From a virus (taxonomy: Duplodnaviria > Caudoviricetes): a stretch of DNA of 64,000 nucleotides. The notes beneath the pieces are model-generated. The model made no database searches, was not told where the DNA came from, and saw nothing but the letters and a program-made list of their open reading frames with translations. The stretch spans positions 2,105 through 66,104 of IMG/VR virus record IMGVR_UViG_3300034272_001608; one strand, given 5' to 3'. This document shows positions 1-10,372 of this stretch, piece by piece (the first letter of the stretch is position 1; each line of letters starts with the position of its first letter). The translations under genes and the position numbers were made by a program.

Positions 1-257
1 ATTGTTGGTGTTGGCGTTACTGTAGGTGTTGGTGTGACACATGCTAAGTTCACAACAATACCATTAAACATGTCATTTCTTGTTGCCGCAGAATAATAAA
101 TTACGTCATCAACATAAATGTTAAATGGACCTAATGCGTTTGAGTTAGAAGCAAGTCTAACGATATATGAAGTACAACCAGTGACAGTAAGTTGTTGCTC
201 AATCTCGGTCGAGCAACCAGGAGCATTGTTTGTAACTAAAATAGAATATATAGACAT
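1..257 (-). CDS. Partial Thr/Pro-rich (mucin-like linker) putative virion decoration protein; runs off the left edge
   Basis: Not in ORF track. ATG at 257 translates as MSIYSILVTNNAPGCSTEIEQ...VNLACVTPTPTVTPTPT with no stop before base 1; TATTTAT motif at 274-280 upstream. Confidence 0.8.
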   Translation of the reverse strand, partial: MSIYSILVTNNAPGCSTEIEQQLTVTGCTSYIVRLASNSNALGPFNIYVDDVIYYSAATRNDMFNGIVVNLACVTPTPTVTPTPT

Positions 258-339
258 CCGAGGTTTTTATTAAATAAATACCACAACTATTCTATTTCAT
301 TTACTATATTCTAAAAATATAGAATGAATATTTTTTTGA

Positions 340-699
340 TTAAACTAAAACGATGCCGCAGTTCGCTTCTGTACTAAAAATAGAAAAATTACAATTAGAT
401 TCTTGGATATCAATATTAACAATACAAGACGCCAATTCTATTGTAATTTCAAACGCACATCCGAAAGTACATTGAAGAATTTTGAACACTTCGCAGTTGT
501 TACTGTCAACCAACTTCAACATAATTTCAGGTGCGGTTGTAAATATTGAAGGTATAACTGTATTATATTCAACAACAGGTGGGACTGGTCCTGTGGAAAT
601 GGTTCCTAAAAGTGTTTGGTTATTACCATATACATCTGAGATGTAAACACTAATAGGGTATGTGCCTCCCGATATGTCTGTAATTCTTACCTGTGTCAT
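340..699 (-). CDS. Small Cys-rich beta-strand structural/adaptor protein
   Basis: ORF track starts at 708, but ATG at 699 overlaps the upstream TGA (ATGA coupling). GGTYP...L.LVDSNNC resembles one SprB-like unit. Confidence 0.7.
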   Translation of the reverse strand: MTQVRITDISGGTYPISVYISDVYGNNQTLLGTISTGPVPPVVEYNTVIPSIFTTAPEIMLKLVDSNNCEVFKILQCTFGCAFEITIELASCIVNIDIQESNCNFSIFSTEANCGIVLV

Positions 700-2831
700 G
701 ATAAACAAATTATGTCATAATCAATAATCAAATCAATAACAATTTCTTGACCTTCTAATGAAGTATTATTACGACTTGTTTCTATTGTTATTTGATTGTT
801 AAGTTGGTCTATTGTAACATTACCAACACCTGGTATACCCAATAATAAAGTTCTAACCGTGTTATACCATTGATTATCGCTAGGTGCTTGTACTAAAGAT
901 GTTGATGTGAAAAAGTTTTGTGATGCAACAATACCCGATGGGTTTACTGAAACTTTTGCAGTGAATGTTGCACTTATTAAATCACAACTTGTATTTCCTG
1001 TTGTTAAATCATAGTACCCTTCATTTAACATTTGTAATAACCCAAATTTAGTTGGTGATTGAATGTTAAATATTTCTGCACCCATGGTGTATGTTTGATA
1101 CGACGCATAGTTTTTGTTACAACTAATAGTTGTACTTCTTGTTAATGAACAACCGTTTGAATCAACAATAGTTAAAGAATATGTTCCAGCAGTTAAACCG
1201 CTTATTTGAATTTGTTGTGGTTCGTTTGGAACGTTGTCTGACCAATTAAAACTAAATGGTGGCTCCCCTGATGTAATGAAAGCGGTTATTTTCCCGTTAT
1301 TACCACTTCCGCAAGAAGTACTATATAAAGAATAGTTTAGTGGCTGACTACTTGGTACAAGTATATTTGTTGTTTGTGTACATCCATCAGCGTCTGTAAC
1401 CGTTACAACGTGTGTACCTGAAGTTAAATTATTAAATGTAACCGCACTTAAGTTGGTGTCAAAAACATTTTGAACTCCGTCAACAGAATAATCCAAAGGT
1501 AAAGTACCCCCTGATGTTGAATATATTGTAACAGAACCATTGTTTTGATTACAACTTGTACCAACGACACTCGTTGAGATTGTAAATTTGTTTTGAGCAA
1601 TTAAAGTAACCTCTTGAATTGCGGAACAACCTGTATTATCCGATATACCAACAGTATATGTACCTGACCCTAAATTTTCAAATATTTGTGTTGTTTGTGA
1701 ATTGTTAACGTTTAACTGAGTACCATCAGGTGATATTAGTGTATAAGTATATGGTGTTGTACCACCAACAACATTAATTGTTATTGAACCGTTTGTACTT
1801 GAACATGTTGAATTTTGTCCTTGAACTGTGATTGATGTTATTCCTCCTGGAGTTTCTAACGTTGTACCAGCAAACATTTGACACAGTCCCGCATCTGTAA
1901 CTTGAAAATTGTATTGTCCCGCGGAAAGACCTGAAATACTAAAACTTCTGGCATATGATACTAATATATCTCCTGTTGAGGCCGAATAATAAAATGGTGA
2001 TGTACCGCCAGTGATGGTCATATTTATCACACCATTTGATTGTAAACATGTTGGTTGTGTTGCGGTAAATATACCAAGACCAACTGGACTAACGTCAGTT
2101 ATTTCAGCATCTTTAGAAACAGTACAACCAAAGGCATCGGTTACAGCAACAGAATAAAATCCTTTAGTAAGACCTGTAATTGTATCCCCTGTTTGTCCAT
2201 TACTCCAAAGATAGGTATAAGGCGCAAGACCTGTTTGTCCTGTTACAATTATCTTACCAATTGGGGTTCCTCCGCAACTTGAGTTTGGTACCGAATATAA
2301 CCCAAAATCTAAAGTATTAGATTCTTGTATTATAAAAGATGGTGTAAATGCGGTACATCCACCTAAATCAATAACCCCAATATAATAAGTTCCAGCGGTT
2401 AATTGTCCAAAGGTTATTGTCTCCGTGTTTGTAGAACCTGAAGTTATAAAAGTATTATTTATATCAAACAGTGAGAAATTGGTTGATGAATACAGAGACG
2501 TTGATGCTGCAATAACCCCCCCGTTATTTAATCCACATGTGGTATTTTGGGTGGCAACGATTGAGCCGCAAACTCCACTAGATATTGGTATGTTTACATT
2601 AAATTCGTTGTTAACAGGTATAGTACTATCATTAACCCTTAATTGATAGACGTTACTTTCTAAATTAACTAATGTGGCAGGATTTGTTGTTACCGTCTGA
2701 GTCGGAAATGAAGGTGTAATAAATTCAACGGTATATGGTGGAGTACCTGAATTAATGAAAAGGTTAAGCGCACCAGAGCCGTTATTAAAACAATCTCCCG
2801 AAACTGATACATTATAATTTAATACCGCCAT
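696..2831 (-). CDS. SprB-repeat-containing adhesin/fibre-like protein
   Basis: About 7 repeats of xxC...G.I...GGT.PY.Y...GL..G.Y.V.VTD..GC, typical of Bacteroidota SprB repeats. Confidence 0.8.
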   Translation of the reverse strand: MAVLNYNVSVSGDCFNNGSGALNLFINSGTPPYTVEFITPSFPTQTVTTNPATLVNLESNVYQLRVNDSTIPVNNEFNVNIPISSGVCGSIVATQNTTCGLNNGGVIAASTSLYSSTNFSLFDINNTFITSGSTNTETITFGQLTAGTYYIGVIDLGGCTAFTPSFIIQESNTLDFGLYSVPNSSCGGTPIGKIIVTGQTGLAPYTYLWSNGQTGDTITGLTKGFYSVAVTDAFGCTVSKDAEITDVSPVGLGIFTATQPTCLQSNGVINMTITGGTSPFYYSASTGDILVSYARSFSISGLSAGQYNFQVTDAGLCQMFAGTTLETPGGITSITVQGQNSTCSSTNGSITINVVGGTTPYTYTLISPDGTQLNVNNSQTTQIFENLGSGTYTVGISDNTGCSAIQEVTLIAQNKFTISTSVVGTSCNQNNGSVTIYSTSGGTLPLDYSVDGVQNVFDTNLSAVTFNNLTSGTHVVTVTDADGCTQTTNILVPSSQPLNYSLYSTSCGSGNNGKITAFITSGEPPFSFNWSDNVPNEPQQIQISGLTAGTYSLTIVDSNGCSLTRSTTISCNKNYASYQTYTMGAEIFNIQSPTKFGLLQMLNEGYYDLTTGNTSCDLISATFTAKVSVNPSGIVASQNFFTSTSLVQAPSDNQWYNTVRTLLLGIPGVGNVTIDQLNNQITIETSRNNTSLEGQEIVIDLIIDYDIICLS

Positions 2832-5818
2832 TAGTTAGTTGGACAATTTATACTTATGTTTATCCCTGAATTTAAAGAAAGAAGTTCTTTGGCGTTTCTC
2901 TCTGTACAAGTCAGACTTGTTATTGTTAATACGTTTCCATTTAAGAAATAAGTAAAACCATAATCATAAAGTTGTGGTAAGTACTGAATCAAAGCATTCC
3001 TCCATGCTCTGTTTGATGGGACATCGCTTAATCCATATCCTGTATAATACAACTCTTGAATAATTATATCCCCGCCTATTCTTAAATCAACATACCAATT
3101 GGTTTCTACCGAATTTTGAATACAATCATTTAGTGTTAATCCACTTGCCGCTAACATATTGTTAACCCTATTTGATAAAATACTACTAAAATTACTTACT
3201 GTAACATCTCCATTCAACCAAGGGTATATGTTGAAGTCAACATATTCTGTGGCACATGTGTAATCATAAATATTTGAGATAATATAACATGGGTCAACCG
3301 CAACTGGTATGAATTGACAGCCTCTTTGTCTTCTATAGACATATTTTTGTCTTTGAAAGATTGAATTCTCCATTCTAACTCCCGTATTCCATATTGTTGT
3401 TGCGGGAATCATTTGTTCTGCCAACTTCATCCAATAAGGACCGATTCCATTTACGTAGTCAATTAATTTTTGATACGTATACTTGTTATTTGGTAGTCCG
3501 ACTGTTTCTTCTGACTCAATGTATTTCCACCAAATAGATTGTAGTGTTGGGTATCCACCAGTCTTACCATCTGTGATGTATTGTCTGTTTCTAACGTTAA
3601 TCATATTCTCCCAAAACGTTTGAGAAAATTCAAAGAATGTTTTTTTCTTTGGTTCGGGGTTTACAAATGTAGAATCAACACCACCAGGAACAGGATAACC
3701 TATAGTTAATCCTGATTCAGGAATTGGATAGTCATATCTTCTTGATTGGTCCCAAACATCGTACACCATACCTTGGGATGGGTTTAAAAATAAATCAACA
3801 TTTTTAACGTTTAGTACAAGCTTTTCATTATCAACAAAATAGTAAGCGTTATAGTCAGCGCTTGTGGATATTCTTATCTTTGTGTCTTCTTCCAACCAAG
3901 ATTTATTGTTATCAACAATTTTTCTTAATTTAAACCCTTCAGTCATATAAGGAAAATCTCTATATCTGTCCAAATAAAGTTGTCCGTATGTGAAAGGTGT
4001 CAACTGTGTTTGAATGTTATAATTTTGGCCTGTATAAACTTGTCCTGTTATTACAACTTCATCTGGGCTTCTATGTGACGGTGTTGATTCATACCATCCC
4101 GCACCTAATTGGAAGAAATAATCTTCAGTATTTACAGGAGCGTTAGGAAATCCTTCCGCATCAATAGGATAGTCGTCTAATTTTGTAGACACATCTTGAT
4201 AAATTGCCGTTGATGTGTAAGCGGTATAAATTTGTCCTTTAATTTTATACGTTGTTCCAGGAAGATACTGTGGTACATCTTGAACATATGTTCCTCCAGA
4301 AATTGCCGCCCATTGAACGTCAAATTGGTCCATGTTAATTTTTTGGTCCGCAAGGTAAATGTGTTCGTTATATTCAATTAACGAATCAGGTGCACCAATT
4401 AAACGTAACATAAATTCAACGGACCTTCTTGTTCCTTTTGATTTAAAAAGGTAAGATGCGTTCAATATTAAATTACGATAAAATGAATAATTCAATTCAG
4501 TTGGTGTAAGAGCTCTCGCGTAACCAGGATATGTTGGCGTATTTGTGTTACCAAAAACAGAACTTAAAAAGTCTTCGTTTGTTATGGGTGAGAAGTTTGA
4601 ACTCCAACCCAAGGTCTGAGCCAAATTCACTAACAATTGTGATGGTATATCATTAGATGGGTTATAACTAACCGAGTTCATGTATGCCAACGCATCAATA
4701 AATTGTTTGATTTGGTCAAAGCTTCTACCATATATTTGAAATATCTTTTCAACTTTTTGCCCTAAAGTATCAAACTCTTTAAGTGAGTCGGTAACCAAAA
4801 ATCTTGAAATCAAGTTTGTTTTAAATGAATCTAAATTAACCGCAACATCATCTAGTTGAGCCAAATAGTTGTCAAATAAGAATGATTTAATGTCTAAATT
4901 CCATGGACCTTCTTTAGGCCAAGTTACTTGTTGATAATTCGTATAAAACTGTCCGTCTTGGTTTTGTTGTGGTACTTGGAATACCGCAGTATATTCTGGT
5001 CTTACTAGTCTGTTTAACAAAAATTTTTGTACTTCGTCAAAATCCTCCAAAAAGATTCTATCAACAACAAAGTCATTAGGTCTTATTTGATATTCTTCAA
5101 ATATGGTCGTTGCACTAGTTCCAAATGGGTCACCAGAAACATAAAACTCAATGTAACCTGTTGTAAGTGTTTCGGACGGATTAAATGAAACAATTTTATA
5201 AATGTTGTCATTTATAGCAACACAATAATCCAAATACGTATTATATAAATTTCTATAAGGAGAAACAACAATTTCTCTAACAGATAAATTAGTTGAAGCG
5301 CTTATTGAATAATCAATGTCAAATGGATTATTAATTCTATCGACAGGTATTCTGAAGTAAGTTTCATCTAAATTTGAATCGTATGAAATATTTGTTGCAG
5401 TTGCCCCTGTTATAAATTGGTCGTTGTTAAACACAACGTCTAACGATGCGGGAAATCTATGTATTATTTCAGTAACAGATACTTGAAATCTTTTACGTAA
5501 TGAACCATACATTGAAAAATTAAGAACTTGTGACACGTCATAGTTTGGATAAACTCTGAACTGTGTTGCCATTATTCTTCTACTTTCTGTAAGGTCTTCG
5601 ATGTCTAATCCCTCCAAACTTATTGGTTCGGAAAAAGCGCCAACATTAAATCTTCTATTAACTTTTTCAACTACGGACGTTGTAAATTCAAAATTACCCT
5701 GCGTAAGTCCGCCACCCTCAACTGTTTGTAATCCTACAATGTTGTCAGAAAAGGTTGCCGCACCACTACCTGGTCGTGGAGGGTAAAAATATTTTGTTGT
5801 CCTTTGTGTAGTCGCCAT
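2831..5818 (-). CDS. Baseplate wedge protein (T4 gp7 / P2 gpI-like domain)
   Basis: LVNLAQTLGW...LFKSKGTRRSVEFMLRLIG resembles the conserved wedge/tail protein I segment; lies in the baseplate cluster. Confidence 0.6.
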   Translation of the reverse strand: MATTQRTTKYFYPPRPGSGAATFSDNIVGLQTVEGGGLTQGNFEFTTSVVEKVNRRFNVGAFSEPISLEGLDIEDLTESRRIMATQFRVYPNYDVSQVLNFSMYGSLRKRFQVSVTEIIHRFPASLDVVFNNDQFITGATATNISYDSNLDETYFRIPVDRINNPFDIDYSISASTNLSVREIVVSPYRNLYNTYLDYCVAINDNIYKIVSFNPSETLTTGYIEFYVSGDPFGTSATTIFEEYQIRPNDFVVDRIFLEDFDEVQKFLLNRLVRPEYTAVFQVPQQNQDGQFYTNYQQVTWPKEGPWNLDIKSFLFDNYLAQLDDVAVNLDSFKTNLISRFLVTDSLKEFDTLGQKVEKIFQIYGRSFDQIKQFIDALAYMNSVSYNPSNDIPSQLLVNLAQTLGWSSNFSPITNEDFLSSVFGNTNTPTYPGYARALTPTELNYSFYRNLILNASYLFKSKGTRRSVEFMLRLIGAPDSLIEYNEHIYLADQKINMDQFDVQWAAISGGTYVQDVPQYLPGTTYKIKGQIYTAYTSTAIYQDVSTKLDDYPIDAEGFPNAPVNTEDYFFQLGAGWYESTPSHRSPDEVVITGQVYTGQNYNIQTQLTPFTYGQLYLDRYRDFPYMTEGFKLRKIVDNNKSWLEEDTKIRISTSADYNAYYFVDNEKLVLNVKNVDLFLNPSQGMVYDVWDQSRRYDYPIPESGLTIGYPVPGGVDSTFVNPEPKKKTFFEFSQTFWENMINVRNRQYITDGKTGGYPTLQSIWWKYIESEETVGLPNNKYTYQKLIDYVNGIGPYWMKLAEQMIPATTIWNTGVRMENSIFQRQKYVYRRQRGCQFIPVAVDPCYIISNIYDYTCATEYVDFNIYPWLNGDVTVSNFSSILSNRVNNMLAASGLTLNDCIQNSVETNWYVDLRIGGDIIIQELYYTGYGLSDVPSNRAWRNALIQYLPQLYDYGFTYFLNGNVLTITSLTCTERNAKELLSLNSGINISINCPTN

Positions 5819-6726
5819 TAACTAGTTATGTTTGTGAAGTTTTTACTGAAATCAATGTTATTACCTCTACTTTGTCTAACCTCATAAAGAAGAGCATTAA
5901 ATTGGTCTCTAATTTCATATAAGTTATACTGTCTGTATATGTTATTATTAGAATCGTAGATAGTGTAGATACCATCATCAATAGATTTAGTTTGATTACC
6001 GTAAAGAGCAATCGCAAGAGATGAGATATCGTATTCAACCATTTCAACTTCAACAGTCACAGGATTAAAGAATGTATTTGTGATAATAATATCTTGGTCG
6101 GGTTGTCCGATGTATGGTGTGGCATTAGGTTTATTAGTTGGTGAAGATGATGGTGATAGTGTTAAGAAAATAAGATTTGAATCTCCTTCAACATATCTGT
6201 ATCTAATCGCCTTTTGTGATGTATTAACTTCGTTTGAGACAACAGGTTCACAAAAGAAACTTGATGTAACAACTCTGAAAAAGTTTGGAATCTTTGAACC
6301 ATCAGCATTAAGGTATTCAATTCTAAATCCAACCAATCCTTGTGGTACAAATTTATTTTGATATTGTGTTGGTACATCTGTTATATCAATAACAATACCT
6401 TTAACATTTGGTAACGCACTTAAAACTCCACAATCACTAATTATAGTTCTAATTTCAGCGGGTCTTAAATATAAGGTGTAAATACCCAACGCATTAAACT
6501 GATTTGCGGGTAAAGTTAGATTATATAAACCTCCTAATACCTCAACGCCAGGATTACCCCCTGTTTCTGTATTAGCAAAATAAGGTCTTAATATTGTTTG
6601 GGCGTCCAATTTTGTCAGAACAAATTGGTCTGTAACATCTCTTGTTGGAGTGTAGTTCATGATTATTTCAACATCTGATGGTGAAACATCACTTGGTCTT
6701 ATTGTACCGTATGAGCCGATTGCCAT
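5818..6726 (-). CDS. Conserved virion/baseplate structural protein, function unknown
   Basis: 302-aa ORF coupled to the downstream wedge gene; own TATTTAT motif at 6744-6750. Confidence 0.6.
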   Translation of the reverse strand: MAIGSYGTIRPSDVSPSDVEIIMNYTPTRDVTDQFVLTKLDAQTILRPYFANTETGGNPGVEVLGGLYNLTLPANQFNALGIYTLYLRPAEIRTIISDCGVLSALPNVKGIVIDITDVPTQYQNKFVPQGLVGFRIEYLNADGSKIPNFFRVVTSSFFCEPVVSNEVNTSQKAIRYRYVEGDSNLIFLTLSPSSSPTNKPNATPYIGQPDQDIIITNTFFNPVTVEVEMVEYDISSLAIALYGNQTKSIDDGIYTIYDSNNNIYRQYNLYEIRDQFNALLYEVRQSRGNNIDFSKNFTNITS

Positions 6727-6743
6727 GTCTTCTTATTTAATTT

Positions 6744-6750
6744 ATAAATA
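6744..6750 (-). promoter_or_regulatory. Representative copy of recurrent TATTTAT phage promoter-like motif
   Basis: The same 7-mer lies on the sense strand upstream of about 18 genes. This copy shares the longer context TAAACTATTTATAAA with the copy at 15418-15424. Confidence 0.7.
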
Positions 6751-6769
6751 GTTTAGTTCCCTTTTTCAA

Positions 6770-7861
6770 TTAGTTTCTTTCTTTACTAACCACATTAAAA
6801 AATCCATATCCGTAATTTATCATATCCCCAAGATTATCCACCTCTCCCAACCTCATCACTCTTTCATATGCACTGTTCTTTCCTCTCTCAACAAATACAT
6901 TAGTTTGTACCTGTGCTTGGTCAATAACTTTAAGTAATACCTCATCTTTTGTGATTGGCACTGCGGTCAAATTATTTGAGGTTAGTCCTGAAGATTCTTG
7001 GAAGAATATTGTTGTACCGTCACTATAATCATAGTAATAAACACCAGTAATTGTATAGGCAGTAAAAACTGAGTTTATGTCACTTATTGCCCCCCATATT
7101 TGTCCATTACTGATAACAGGTACCCCCACTTGAAATTTTGGACTACCGTATAATGCCAATTCATTTATTCTAGATTTTGTTAATCCTGACACAGTAAATG
7201 GAACCGTAACATAATTGTTAGATGTTTGAGCCGAAACCTCGTTTACCGCGTCACCTGAAAATATATAATTGTAAGATACAGGCGTTCCAATCCAATTACC
7301 TGTCGAAGTTGCAAAATAACATTCTCCCGTCGGATTATATACAGTCACATTAGAATAAGGAACGGTTATTGTTTTTGACACTTTAGTTACCCCCCAAGGA
7401 TTAGTTTGTTCCAATGTAATAGTATAATCTTTTGTTGCATTAGGATATGTGTGACTTATAGAGTTTGGCGTATATGCGCTAATAATTTGTTTTGGACTTC
7501 CGTCACCCCAATCAACTTTATAGGCGGATAAATCTAAGAATTTTTGAAATTCGTCCGAAGTATTATAAACATTCCACACATATGGTTGAGCAGTTGTTGA
7601 TGAAAATAAAAAGTTTGTAACTACGTCTTTTTGTAATACAGCACCGTCAAATGGACTATAATATCCAGCGTCTACCGCGGTTTGTCTTAGTAAAATTGGT
7701 ATGGATAAATTAGTTAATAACGAAGTACCTCTAGGTCCTGAACTTACCACTTTTGTCATGGCAGAATAAACCCCAACAGGTGTATTGTTATAATCTACAA
7801 CGGACAAATCCCTTGCGACATTCTCAGGTGAAACAATAAACTTATAATAATCTTGTGTCAT
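6770..7861 (-). CDS. PKD-like domain structural protein
   Basis: YKVDWGDGS...SHTYP...YTITL PKD signature; S/T-rich. Confidence 0.65.
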   Translation of the reverse strand: MTQDYYKFIVSPENVARDLSVVDYNNTPVGVYSAMTKVVSSGPRGTSLLTNLSIPILLRQTAVDAGYYSPFDGAVLQKDVVTNFLFSSTTAQPYVWNVYNTSDEFQKFLDLSAYKVDWGDGSPKQIISAYTPNSISHTYPNATKDYTITLEQTNPWGVTKVSKTITVPYSNVTVYNPTGECYFATSTGNWIGTPVSYNYIFSGDAVNEVSAQTSNNYVTVPFTVSGLTKSRINELALYGSPKFQVGVPVISNGQIWGAISDINSVFTAYTITGVYYYDYSDGTTIFFQESSGLTSNNLTAVPITKDEVLLKVIDQAQVQTNVFVERGKNSAYERVMRLGEVDNLGDMINYGYGFFNVVSKERN

Positions 7862-8688
7862 TATTGCGGTGGATTTACATATTCATACCATTTTATGGGT
7901 ATATTGGTACCCAACCTCTGACCGTACGTATTAAAAACTTGGTAAGTTTGTTTTTCATAATCTAATTTAACGGTGTAGTAAAAATACTGTGTATTATCAA
8001 AAGCATACTTATTACCCAAGTAAACCTGTGGACCATTTGTTAAATCTATTGGGTTACTTCCTCTACCTGTCATCATTTTTGTAAACTGACCTGTTTTAGC
8101 GTTGTAAAATTTGGCGGTCATGTAAAATGTACTGACATCCAAAAAGTTTCTTTTCTTCAACCAATAAATAAAAAACCCTTCTTTATCACCAACATAATCC
8201 AAAACAAATTGTGGTTTTCTTATATTCACCAAAGTTCTTTGCATTTGAGCTTGCATCATTAAACCTTGTTGAGTTGGTAATATAATTGTAAGATAGTTTG
8301 TTTGTTGTTTTTCGTCAGGAGTATCATAAAAGTCTAACTTAAAAAATGAGTTTGAAAAATTATTTTCATAGTAATAAACTTCTTGTGGTGTGAATCCCTC
8401 ACTAAGGTAATTAACTCTCCAATTTCCAATATTATCTAACGAGCCGCCAGAATAAAAATAAAACTCATAGTTAATTAAAGTATCGTTTGTTGTCCCTGTT
8501 GCAGGAGCATGGGCAAATCTTGAGATTTCAAAATCTCTACCTCTACCAATTACTTCATCAATAATTCTGGTTTCATATTCGTCAATAGACATGTCTAACC
8601 CCAAGTAATCCCACTTAAGTTCAACAGGTATATTGATTTGTTTATCAACAATGCCGTCTTGTCTAATCGTAAATTTATTCACACTCAT
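7861..8688 (-). CDS. Hypothetical virion structural protein
   Basis: 275-aa aromatic-rich ORF overlapping its neighbours in the structural operon. Confidence 0.55.
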   Translation of the reverse strand: MSVNKFTIRQDGIVDKQINIPVELKWDYLGLDMSIDEYETRIIDEVIGRGRDFEISRFAHAPATGTTNDTLINYEFYFYSGGSLDNIGNWRVNYLSEGFTPQEVYYYENNFSNSFFKLDFYDTPDEKQQTNYLTIILPTQQGLMMQAQMQRTLVNIRKPQFVLDYVGDKEGFFIYWLKKRNFLDVSTFYMTAKFYNAKTGQFTKMMTGRGSNPIDLTNGPQVYLGNKYAFDNTQYFYYTVKLDYEKQTYQVFNTYGQRLGTNIPIKWYEYVNPPQ

Positions 8689-10372
8689 CTATCAAAGGTT
8701 TTAATGAGAAATCAAATCCATCTAAATTCTCGTTATAGTTTATTCCTTCAGGTATTAATCTAAAAATGACTTGAGTGTATGGATATTGAGCAGTATTTAA
8801 AAACGGGTAATCAACACCTCTACCAAGGTTATCTAGAAAACCATAAGTATACAAATCTCTCCATCTAAACTGTTGGTCTGTTCTTGAATAAAACGCCCAA
8901 CTTGGTATTCCATCAATATTTTCAACGTCACCAGTTTCAATATAATCTGAAAAAACTCTAAGAGTCATTGGATTATGTGGTCTATAATAAAAACCTGGTG
9001 CGTTGTTTGAAAAATCATTTGTAGTTTGAAACACCGTTTGGTTATATTTCAATTTTTGATAATAATGTGACACAACTCTTTCGATTTGTTCATAATCATT
9101 CCATTCACAAAAATCACCGTCAATCACATCTCCAGGTTTAAGGTCTAAATTATAGTAGAATGTTTTTGTCGCACCGTTGGTGAGAGTATATGCGGATACG
9201 GGGATGTTGGTATTTGATTTTTGATTGTTCAAATCCCACCATGGATTTATATTTTTTGATAAATTAAATTCCCACCCTTGTTTTAATCCAACTCCATTTA
9301 ATGGTTGATTAAAATAACCTGAATATCCTTTATTAATAATTGTTAAACTTATTTCATTAAGTGGTCTCTTTTGGTTGTCGTAATAACCAGCAAAGTTTAA
9401 GTCATAATTTGATGTAACATCATAAGAATTACTACTACTTTTTTGAGAAATTCTGGTAAGGTTGTTTGGAGTAATTGAACTGTACTCTAATTTTTTTTCT
9501 TCCCCAAAAACGTTTTTTTCAAATCCAGCCTTTGTTATCGCAACGTCAGATATGTTTGTAATAACCTTATATTTTTTTATATAATATTTTGATTTGGTTT
9601 CTTCTAAATTGTCAGGATTAATAACCCTTTTAAATGTACCAATTGTTCCATTATTAAATGTACTACCCGTAAATCCAATATTAAAAAGATTGAATACGTA
9701 AATATTACTTCCAAACGCCCCATTTCCAATTGAGTTTACTTGAAATATTTTTTCATTTCTATACGTTAATGATAGTTCAACATATTCTCCTGGAGTTAAT
9801 CCGTGAGGTGCAATACAAGTAAACGATACTAATCCGTTTCCGTTTTGTGTCGTATTTGTAATAGTAAAAGGTATTCCTTCTGAAGCAACCCAATTGACAT
9901 CGTTATTATTTGTTGAATAATATGTTAATTGTTTTGTATAATCATTTTCATGTGGATACGTTAGGTAAAACATCCAGTTATATGTGTAAGCGCTTTTTGA
10001 TTTATATTGAAAATGATTGTCTCCAACATTAGGTCTATAAATGTCAAACTCATAATATTGTGGATATCCGTTCCATTTACCACTTTGTTTAGATGACTCA
10101 GGTGCGGTATAATATAAATTATATTGGAATGGTAAATATGTTGTAGACCCCGTATATGTGTTGTCATATAAATACGTTACCTTGAAAGTTGGTCTAAATA
10201 TAGTACAAGATTGTCTTTCGTCATCATAAACTTGAGCCAAGTTAATAGTTGAACTCCTATCGTACTCGGTCAATTGTTGACTTTGCTCTTCTAATGTAAC
10301 CGAAATTTCTTGGTCTAAAGAAGGTGCTCCTTTATACCTCAAACCACTCGGAACTATTGTATACTTATTCAT
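8675..10372 (-). CDS. Hypothetical virion (baseplate/tail) structural protein
   Basis: 565-aa ORF; HGL..G.YV motif seen in phage fibre/baseplate beta-barrel domains; overlaps neighbours. Confidence 0.55.
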   Translation of the reverse strand: MNKYTIVPSGLRYKGAPSLDQEISVTLEEQSQQLTEYDRSSTINLAQVYDDERQSCTIFRPTFKVTYLYDNTYTGSTTYLPFQYNLYYTAPESSKQSGKWNGYPQYYEFDIYRPNVGDNHFQYKSKSAYTYNWMFYLTYPHENDYTKQLTYYSTNNNDVNWVASEGIPFTITNTTQNGNGLVSFTCIAPHGLTPGEYVELSLTYRNEKIFQVNSIGNGAFGSNIYVFNLFNIGFTGSTFNNGTIGTFKRVINPDNLEETKSKYYIKKYKVITNISDVAITKAGFEKNVFGEEKKLEYSSITPNNLTRISQKSSSNSYDVTSNYDLNFAGYYDNQKRPLNEISLTIINKGYSGYFNQPLNGVGLKQGWEFNLSKNINPWWDLNNQKSNTNIPVSAYTLTNGATKTFYYNLDLKPGDVIDGDFCEWNDYEQIERVVSHYYQKLKYNQTVFQTTNDFSNNAPGFYYRPHNPMTLRVFSDYIETGDVENIDGIPSWAFYSRTDQQFRWRDLYTYGFLDNLGRGVDYPFLNTAQYPYTQVIFRLIPEGINYNENLDGFDFSLKPLIDECE

